A DNA stretch of 60,000 bases, from contig NC_087436.1 of assembly GCF_036321535.1 (NCBI RefSeq), positions 70,000,001-70,060,000 on the forward strand. The letters are read 5' to 3'. Source of the stretch: Camelus dromedarius. Its lineage: Eukaryota. Below the pieces are notes generated by a model, which worked only from the letters and a program-made list of their open reading frames with translations, made no database searches and was not told the origin of the DNA. A program made the position numbers and the translations under genes. Shown here piece after piece: positions 50,916-60,000 of this stretch; positions within the stretch are counted from its first letter, which is position 1; each line of letters opens with the position of its first letter.

Positions 50916-51524
50916 ATTCGAGTTCAAAGATAGGAAATTCTTATAAGTAATTGCATACATCATTCTTATAAGAAATATAATCCTCTGAAATAATGAAATA
51001 AAAGAAAAACTTGCACAAAAAAAAGCATGGTCTTTGGAGATTAACTCCCAGCTGTGCTATTTATTAACTCTGAAGGACATAGTACCCTTTCTAAAGCTCA
51101 GTTTTCATAGTACTTATCTCATGAGGTGGTTCATGAAGATGAATGAAGGACTATTTAGCACAGCATCTGGTGCATGGTAAGTGATCGCTAAAAATATGCT
51201 ATTAATATCATATACTTTAGTATAAGATCTATGAAACCTTTATTATTGCTTTTCTTATTCTAACACAAAATCAGCTTTAAAAATTGGCCTTCCCTGACAT
51301 GATCATACTCTCTGTCCTTTTCCCTTCCCCTAAAGCTTAATGCATGACACTCTATCAAATTCTTTTCCTAGAAAACTTAATAATTATCAGTCCACTCAGT
51401 CACCAGCATCTTGTAAAATCTCATCCTTCTTTAAGGGCTCAGCATAAACCTATTGTCCTCATACCTGACTCCAAAGCCCCAAAGTATTTCTTCAACCTCA
51501 GAAATTTTATAGCATTCTTCTACT

Positions 51525-51785
51525 GCAGTTTCCCAACCTTGCCACTATTGGCTTCTGGAGCTGGATAATTTTTTTGATGAAAGGGGAGAGGCCTATCCTG
51601 TGCATTGTAGAATATTTAGCAGCATCTCTGGCCTCTACTCACTAGATGGTAATAGCAAATCCTTCCTCCTCCATTCCCCACTCTGAAATTGTGACAATCA
51701 GAGATACCCCATATCACTTAGACGTTTTTTAATGTTCCCTGGGGTGCTGAGGGGCATAAAATCATCCCTGGTTGAGAATCCCTGT
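51525..51785. mobile_element. MER20-like DNA transposon
   Basis: tcctgtgcattgtagaatatttagcagcatctctggcctctactcactagatg...ctggttgagaa. Confidence 0.75.
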
Positions 51786-52009
51786 TCTATAGTTTACTTA
51801 TTTTAGCAGTTAATCCCTGTGGGATTATGCATTTTGATATTGTATGTGCTTTTCAGTTAAATCATTGTTGTTTTGTTGTATGTTTCACTAGCTATCTGGA
51901 GGTATGTCTCTCCTTTGAGTAAGTAGCTGATAAATTCCCTACAGACAGGTGTGTTATGCTGTACTTCTCTCTATCTGGTCAGTGTCGTCTGCCATTGGAT
52001 GACTGATTT

Positions 52010-52240
52010 ATTTTGGCATAGTGCATAAGAGCAACATGCCTGTATCTAAATTCTGGTTCCACCACTTACTTGATTGTCACTTCAGGCAATTTACTTCACC
52101 TCTCTATAGATCAGTTTCATCATGTGTAGAAAGGGGAGACTGGTGTCTTCTTCATAAAGTTCTTGTGAGGATTAAATAAATTAATACATTGTAAAACACT
52201 AAAATAATGCCTTCCCACAGGAAATACTATCCAAGTATTA
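52010..52240 (+). mobile_element. MIR SINE
   Basis: caggcaatttacttcacctctct...ttcttgtgaggattaaataaattaatacattgtaaaacact. Confidence 0.65.
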
Positions 52241-52824
52241 CCTATGATAATGTGCACAGAACCAAAGGATGCAGCATAGGAGAAGGGATGATTTCTGTTC
52301 TCACAGGAATGTTTTACATGGTTGAAAAGACATGAAAACCATATCCCTAAATTTAGAGGACTGCATGCAAGTGAAACATGAAAGATTATACCAAGAAATC
52401 TGTCACCATGTGACGTATGAATGATTGCCAAATTACTGACAAATATTTGGAATTCAGAGAAGGAAAAATCACAGAGGAATGGAGTAGTGGGGGAAGGAGT
52501 CACAGAAGAGGCAAAATTTGAATAGAACTTTAAAATGAGTTGTGAAGAGGTAAGAAAAGAGTCTAGGCAGAGAGAAAAGTTCACCTAAAACCCTGGAAGA
52601 GAAAAACCACGGCATGTTCTGGAGAGAGTGACTAAACAATTCTGTTGAAAGGACAATGTGTCAAAACAAAGTAAAAATTAGAGTTTGTGTTTTGTCACAT
52701 ACAAAACATCCCTACACATTTTAGTTAGTTGTTATAGTTCCCACTGGTGGCTGGAATAGCCACAGCCAAGGCTCATAGTCAAATATGAAGTAGACTTTCC
52801 ATATTAATGTCTCTTTATTTCAGG

Positions 52825-53070
52825 AATAATAATAACTCATGGTCATTGAACATTTTCATTATATCAGATAGTGTGCTGAGAACTTTATGTTCAGTATTCT
52901 ATTTAAATTAAATGAAATTAATACTGTCTTATGGTAGCCTCCATTTTACAGATGAAGTTACTGTGGGAAAATACTATATATATTCAAGTTGAGTAGCTCA
53001 CCCAGTGTCACATGATCAGTGTCACAGAGGAGATTTAAACAGCTGTGCCCTCACCAACTGTACTAACATC
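52825..53070 (-). mobile_element. MIR SINE
   Basis: ctccattttacagatgaagttactg...gctcacccagtgtcacatg. Confidence 0.55.
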
Positions 53071-55392
53071 TACAGGGGCTATTTTTTCTAGATTTTTCTT
53101 TATAACTTTTCTAACACCCCACAGGTGTTTCAGATCTTCTATTATTCTAAGGGGCTTTTTTACTTTTGCTGTACTTTGAACACAGAGCTTCTTAATTGGG
53201 GCTCTGGTTGTTCTTAACATAGGTATAGTCTTGATCAACATAACATAGTTTCCTTCAGCTGCAGTAACTTCTTTAACATCGATAATCACTATCAGAAACA
53301 CTCATGTACTCACACTTATTTCTAGAATTTTTTGTAATTAAAATATTTTCATAGGATTATATTTACTTTCTCAGTAACATAAACCAAAAATAAAAAACCA
53401 ACTTCAACTGATTACAACAATCATTATTATTGTATCAATACATAGTGTTTCACATAAAGTGGGAGGTATGATTAGAAAAGTGAATTAAAATGTTAATTTG
53501 ACTGGTTCCAGAGGGTGAATTTTACCTTAGCGCCTCAGGGATCCTTAAAAAGTTTTTGAGTGGGGCAGTGAAATGCTAAAACCAATATTTTAGGAAGATA
53601 AGTTTGGTGTTGGTATGCAGGAAATTGAAGGCAAAAGAAACTAATGGGTAAACATCTGGAAGACAGTAATGCCAAGACTGAGCGTGAAGGACATTTCAAA
53701 AAAGGTAGAAGCAACATGACTTATGACATACTGGGTATTTGGCTTAAGAGAAAGGCAGAACATATGAATCCTACAAAACATCATTATTAGCATGTCATGA
53801 TCATGCTCATAAGCCATAAAAGACATGTACACACACTTCCCATTTCTCTGTTCAGCTGTCAACTAAGAAGCTTAACCCCATAGATTCAGCAACAGCTTCC
53901 ATTTAGAGGAAATGCCTTCCATCAGATCCCTCCTCTACCCTCCTTGGAGTTCGTGGACCTAACTGCCAGTACTCTTCCTCCTGTAACACACACACAGTCA
54001 CACCTGCACACACAGTGTCTTTGTGGTCCCATGTTTCATGTGGTTTTTCCCACACAAAGAACTATCAACCCATTTATTGCACACCCACTGTACAGAGCTG
54101 CTGCATCTTCATCATCACACCAAATCTTCAAAACAAGTCTATGGTAGGTAGTAATTCTTACCCTTATATTACAGAGGAAGAAATGGGAGCTCAGAGAGAT
54201 TAAGGGACTTGGCCAAGCACCAGAGCCAGAATAAAGAGAGAGAGAGAGGCCAAAAATAATACTTTTAATTTCAATAACATTTTGCTATTTACAAAACACA
54301 TTCACATACTTTATTTCTTTGCCTCCTAAAAATAATTCTCTTATCAATGGGAAATGCAGTTTTTCTCGGACAGCTTCTTGGATATCATTATAAACTGTTA
54401 GGTATGAAGAAAACTTTCTCCCAAAATACCAGCTTCCTCGATGTTCCCTGTAATTGACAAGACCTCTACTTCCCTAAAGAGCATACTGACTCATCCCTTC
54501 TTAAGAAACTAATCTTAAACTCTTACCCCTACCACATCTGAAATCACACCTTTGGAAAGACAAGGAGGGGCAGAGAAATAACAAAAGCTACCAAAGGTCA
54601 ATCTGTATCCAAGACATTCTTAACTGTTCAGAGAGAAAATCTCACTCATGTTGATAGCAGCCTTTTAAGTGACACAAATGTCACTCTCTAACCTGGCTTC
54701 ATACTAAATGCCTGGAAATTGTTCTATCTAAAGAGTGAACTGAGAGTAGTGCACACTGACTTGACTGGTTCATGGACAATGTTCTGATGCATGTACCTCT
54801 CCCCACCAAAGAACATGCACTAAAGGTTTACCTGAGGTGATTCATTCAGAGGGTCCTATTGAAATTTCTTGCAGAAGTTTGGCTATCTCTAGTATATGTC
54901 TCCAGATACAAAAATATCTGGGAAATTCTAAGGAAAGATTATAACATATTTATTACTCATCTAGTATCTTCATCCTCTCTTCCAAGCCCAGGAAGTCATT
55001 TTAGTGTTTCCTTCTAGACTGTCTGTATGCTGGCGGAAGGGAGCAGAGTTACTTTTACCACAACAAGTATGAGGTGAAAATCTTGAGAATACTGGCACGG
55101 GTCATTAGCTTTACTGAAAGATAAAAACCTGCACAAAGCAGATGATGGTTTATTTTGCACCTATTCTACAGATATTTCTCCCAGCTCACCAAAATAATTG
55201 TCTTCAGAGTTTATGCCCACTATTCCTTCACTGTCTTGCCTGCAATCGAGTTCTCTGAATAAATACAGGGGTTGAGTTACAATTAAAAATAATGAGACTC
55301 TACTGGGCCAATGTCCTTGCATGAAATAAAAGGGTGTAGAGTAATTGCAGGAGCAGAGTGGTTGTGTTTTTTTCCCCCATTTAGCTTCACTT

Positions 55393-55420
55393 TGATTGGT
55401 GGATTGGCACTTTAAATAAA
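55393..55420 (+). promoter_or_regulatory. AMBN: AMBN core promoter (two inverted CCAAT boxes plus TATA-like TTTAAATAAA)
   Basis: GATTGG at 55394 and 55402; TTTAAATAAA 55411-55420; RUNX-type ACCACA upstream at 55057-55062. Confidence 0.7.
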
Positions 55421-55544
55421 GGTTTCAGGTCTTCCCTGGATGAGAGATACAGAGTGAGTCCCCGGCACAGTCCAGAAAAAAATTTTAAACTTCTTTTCTT
55501 AGAACTGTCTTGGTTGGCATCACCAGGCCCTGAGAGCACAGTGC

Positions 55545-55559
55545 ATGCCAGCATTGAAG
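55545..55559 (+). CDS. AMBN: Ameloblastin exon 1 CDS MPALK (exon starts ~55445)
   Basis: 5' UTR ttggttggcatcaccaggccctgagagcacagtgcATG matches AMBN; donor AAG|gtaaaa. Confidence 0.92.
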
Positions 55560-56519
55560 GTAAAATGTGATTTTATGATTTCCATGTGATTCCTGTAAGT
55601 TCTTTTTTCCTATCTCCAGGCAGCATTTATAAAGAGGATTTATCTTCACTTGTCACCAGAAGCAGAATAATAGCCTATTGTAAACCATTATTAGCATGTT
55701 CCAGAGAAGACATGACTAATATCCTTCCAGCTAAGGAAAAAAAAGACTTTTCTATAAATTTTTTTTACTATTTGTGATTAGTGACAGTACTAATAATTGA
55801 GAAAAGTAAGTAAATTTCTTGACTAGTCAGAATTCTGTTCATGTGAGAGTAGTCGTTTGAACTTTTAGAATAAACTTTAAGTATATATCTTTAAGAGATA
55901 ATTTATTTTAGAAAGAGGAAAACTCAATTTTGAGATATATTGTCCACTAATATCAAAGGAAATTAAAATATCTAGCTCATTTTTATTTTAAAAAGATAAT
56001 TTTTGGCATCGTTTTCTGAATAACCTAAACATGGAATGGTATAACCTTTATATCTGCACATAAAGGTTTGTTATGAAATGATTATTGGTTGTATTACATT
56101 TAAAATGCATTTCAAAATTTACTCTGGAGGGAAACAAAGTATAAAATCCTGTGAATCATACTTAATAGACCAAAATTTCACACAGTGAAAGGGATTTTCA
56201 AATTTATAATTTATTTTCTGAAATTAAACACAGCATTTAAAGAATATTCATGGAGGTGTTCCCTCATGTTCATCTGGGTGGTACCTCTGTAAAAAAATCA
56301 GAGTACTTAGAAAAATTTTAATTGCTTGTCAATTTATTCCAAAAACTAGTAAGTAAAAATCAGCTGTTTAGCAACATTTAGTTGGTTTTTTGTTTTTGAT
56401 TTTGTTTTGAACCTAGTCATTTTGGAAGAGTAGAGACTTGGCTCAGGAAAATATTGTCTTTTAACCATTCTGAAGTAAAAATTCCTCTGATTTAATTCTC
56501 CAATCCAACTCTGTTTCAG

Positions 56520-56588
56520 ATACCACTTTTCAAAATGAAGGACATGATACTGATCCTGTGCCTCCTGAAAATGAGTTCTGCAGTGCCG
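56520..56588 (+). CDS. AMBN: Ameloblastin exon 2 IPLFKMKDMILILCLLKMSSAVP (signal peptide)
   Basis: tttcag|ATA...CCG|gtaagt, 69 nt, phase 0. Confidence 0.97.
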
Positions 56589-57954
56589 GTAAGTCAGTGT
56601 TCTAGAGGGTGCCCTCGGAGAAATATTGCCCAGACATCAAACTGAAGGACACAGCTGAGTGTCCATACATGATTCATCTGGATTAATCCAGTGGTGTCTT
56701 CCTTCTGAGTTAAAAGTCACAGTTGCCAAGATGTCAGCCCTGACCATCCAAAAGCAATAAGTTAAATATATAATTTTCCTATTCAAAAAGATACTTTAAA
56801 TATTCCAAAGACAACTTCTAAGTCTTATTCCATTCAGAGGTAAAAGATGTATGTGTTTTCCAACAATGCCACAGCACAAATTTATTATCAACTACCTGCT
56901 ACCATTATGAAATCAAAACAGAAAGAGGAAATTTCTCCAAAAAAGTAAAGTACATTTTCTTCTTCATTTTCAAAAGAACAATATTAGCCAAATTACTATG
57001 ATTACAAAACTGAGCTAAGTGATTCTATTTGAAGCTAGTAATTAACCAACGAATTTGCCTGATGGGGAGAAATTATGTGACTGAGAGTGAAGTTTCTTAA
57101 ATCAGAATATGTCATGGCAGTGGCGCTAACTGTATGTTACAGTCCCATCTCTGGTCTACTCTATCACCTATTGAGGTGATTGCATACAAGCACAATCCTT
57201 TGAGCACTGAACTACTACAGCCAGTAGCATGTGATTCTGTTTACAGGAAGACTTTATTCAGCCACTATATGCTTTTGGCAAATATTGACTGAGTACCTGT
57301 CATGTATCCAGAAACATGCTGGCACTGGAGACAAGACAATCAATGTGACATGGTCTCTTATCTTCAGGAGCTCATAGGTGGCCTCAAATGAACTTCAAAA
57401 GATTTAAGTACCTTAAGACAAAGGATTAGCTATTTGGGTTTCTTAAAATGTTTTAAAAGGGGGGAAGAAAACTGACTATGAGGATGAAAACCCTGCATTC
57501 TACAGATAAAAAGAGTTTCTATTCCATTATTCAACATGACTTGTAAATGAAAAAAAAATTGAACCTGCCACCTGAGTTTACCTTTGTATGATATTGACAT
57601 TGGAGTCCCCTCAACCATCCACCATCAGTCTAACACCTTGACATTCTTGGAACCTATAATGACCCACACCTGTGTCAGTCAGTTCCACTCTGAGGAAGAG
57701 GATAGTTGCTTAGGACTGCCAAATGTCTGCCAAATCAGATTTCTCCTTTCACTTCCTCATGGGAAAGGTATCCTCTGTCTACATACATTCATGTAAATAT
57801 TGTTCATTAATTCATGACTTGGATCAAATAAAAAGCAAAGTGCACGTTTGTCTTGTAGTTGAATCTGTCCAGATTACCTTATTATGCACTGGCCAATAGA
57901 AGGAAAGAAGGGTCTACTCTCATATTCCCTTAAATTCTGAACAATTTGCTCATT

Positions 57955-57980
57955 ACACACACACACACACATACACACAC
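57955..57980. repeat. (CA)n microsatellite
   Basis: Interrupted CA run in AMBN intron 2. Confidence 0.85.
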
Positions 57981-59115
57981 CCCTCTCACTCTTTTTGTCT
58001 ACACAGCTAACCTTTTTCTCTGCTTGGAGTATTTGCTACACATTTATAACTTCCTTCCCTTTATCTATTTGCAAAACTGAATTACTTGGTGAAATTTGCA
58101 CTATGACTCAGAGGACAGGATTTTACCTATATAAAAAGTAGGAGGTGGAGGCAGATAATGTATTCTCAGGAAAATATTTCTAAACATCTTGCTCACAAGG
58201 GTAAAATAATCCAAATATATTTAGTGGAGACTCTATACATATTTGTGGTTTAAAAGAAGGAAGAAAGGCATTAAAATTCCTTGACCCTAGATAGTAAGAA
58301 TATCCAAAGAACCAAAAACTGTCAAAATCTAATTCACTCTGTTACTCTTCTCTTCCATTCTCCAGTTTTTTCCCCATTTTTATTCATGCATATTAATAAG
58401 GCTTGGCTTAGAAAAGAAAATATCTTACACTTTAAAAGCCTAGATGTAAATGTAGCTATCTTTTTCACAACTTTTAAGTGAATACATTAAGTATAATAGT
58501 ACTTGGTGCTAGAATGTCTTTTATTTAAGAAAAAATACTTTTTTGATATGATCCGAAAAATATAAACACAGATCAACAGCTTTACACATAAACTAATCTC
58601 TCACTAAAGATGATGGAGGATTTGTTAAAAGTCCTGTGAATGCGAGGCAAGTTAGGTTTTGTACGTGGTTTTGCCAAATGCCATGATCCCATCCCACATT
58701 CCACAAACCAGAGTTCGTAGGTTTGTCAAACACACAAGAAAATTGAGCTCAAGTTTGTTTCCTCTGCTTTTCTATGTGATAATATTTAAGTTTAGTTGTT
58801 AGTTTTCTATTTTGTTGCTTTATTCCACTTTTCATCTGTTTTTAATGTTACTTTCAAACCAACTCAAATTTTGCTTTTTAAGCAACATAGCATTAGGATG
58901 TAGACAAAGGGTAAAGGATTCACGTGGGAGCAAAATTATTCAATGTTATGTTAGTATCGCAAACAACTTAAGTTCTTCATTCTATCCAAAAGCTCAAGTC
59001 ATTTGGGTAATAAACCAACATTAGCTTGCCCTTATGTACTGGTGTTGCTTTCTGTTTTCACTGTGAAAGGGAGTTTCTGACCAAAGAACACAAAATTATT
59101 CTTATTTCCATTCAG

Positions 59116-59166
59116 GCGTTTCCTCAGCAACCTGGGACACCAGGCATGGCTAGTTTGAGCCTTGAG
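59116..59166 (+). CDS. AMBN: Ameloblastin exon 3 AFPQQPGTPGMASLSLE (gene continues beyond window)
   Basis: ttcag|GCG...GAG|gtatgt, 51 nt; S-x-E motif (SLE) at exon end. Confidence 0.97.
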
Positions 59167-60000
59167 GTATGTATTTTCAGAGTATCTACATACAATCTCT
59201 ACATTGGTATGTTCCTGATACGAGAAAAATACATGGATTGTTTTTCAGTTTTCCTAGCCAGAAATCAGTGGCTGTCCTCCTTCCTGTAAAGCTCTAGGGA
59301 AGTTTATGACATTTATTAGAGCCTCATCTTATAATTTTATTGCAATGTTAAACTTTCAGGTGTTTTAGTCTTTAGAACATCATCTGTATGTAAATCAAAA
59401 CAATACTAATATTTAATGCCTAGTAATAGTGTACATACATTAAAAACACATTGTTCTGAAGTCACAAATGGTTTACACTTAGTTTCTTTTCCTGCTGGTA
59501 TATGATAAAGTTGTCATGAGGAAAACTTATCTTAAGAAAATGTAATTGTTTATGAGGACTGTAAATAGCACTGACATTGTACTATGCTACCTCCTGTACA
59601 GCTGCTGTTTCTCTTATTGCAGTTCTTATAACTAACACACACTTTGTTTAGAAAATCCCAGCAAAATAGAAATGTTTGACTTTATCAGTAGAAAATATAA
59701 ACATTTATGAATAGAAAAGTAATTTTGAGATTAGAAATTTTTCACAAAGCCTTGCAGATTTACCTATATCATGACAATCTGAGGGCAATCGATACTTGTA
59801 TGTGCGAGCTGCTTATTTCACATGGAAGCTAATTTCACTGAGTTTTTTTTTTTCTTACTTTCTAGCTCAAACTCAACTCAAAGCACTCTAAACCTCTTCC
59901 TAGGAAGAGTGAAAGTGACTTTCTGTTGAATTGGCAGCATTCTTGGCCATCTATCCAGATACTTACCATTTTCCTCAGTGCTTTTTATATTTATTATTTT

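Noticed and set aside
52120..52584. 154-aa minus-strand ORF
   Set aside because: Overlaps MIR and L2 relics; no recognisable protein features
1..60000. CRISPR arrays, operons, rRNA or tRNA genes
   Set aside because: The sequence is mammalian intron/intergenic DNA; no repeat-spacer array or structural RNA gene was recognised

Overview
This is AT-rich, CpG-poor mammalian genomic DNA from the SCPP (enamel/milk/saliva) gene cluster. It holds a complete, intact amelotin gene (AMTN, + strand, 9 exons, ~12490-26130, 209 aa) and the promoter plus first three exons of ameloblastin (AMBN, + strand, from ~55445, running out of the window). The AMBN N-terminus (MPALKIPLFKMKDMILILCLLKMSSAVPAFPQQPG) and the L1 3' ends suggest a cetartiodactyl. 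I saw no ruminant, pig or whale SINEs, so a camelid is my best guess (inference). Most of the rest is L1, L2, MIR, hAT DNA transposons and LTRs; repeat names and edges are by eye and approximate. The main unexplained structure lies 4-6 kb upstream of AMTN, the side where MUC7 sits in other mammals. It is a ~1.5 kb A/C-skewed block with a degenerate 45/90-bp repeat that reads as a 15-aa K-x-H-P unit, followed by a Thr/Ser/Pro-rich tract, both broken by stops and frameshifts. It looks like the fossil large exon of a dead secreted mucin/SCPP-type gene, with a possible signal-peptide exon relic at ~254-305. Other oddities: two strong CTCF motifs bracketing AMTN, a 119-bp retroposed non-TE mRNA end with a perfect 20-bp TSD, an L1 inserted at a palindrome, and a tail-less internal L1 ORF2 fragment.
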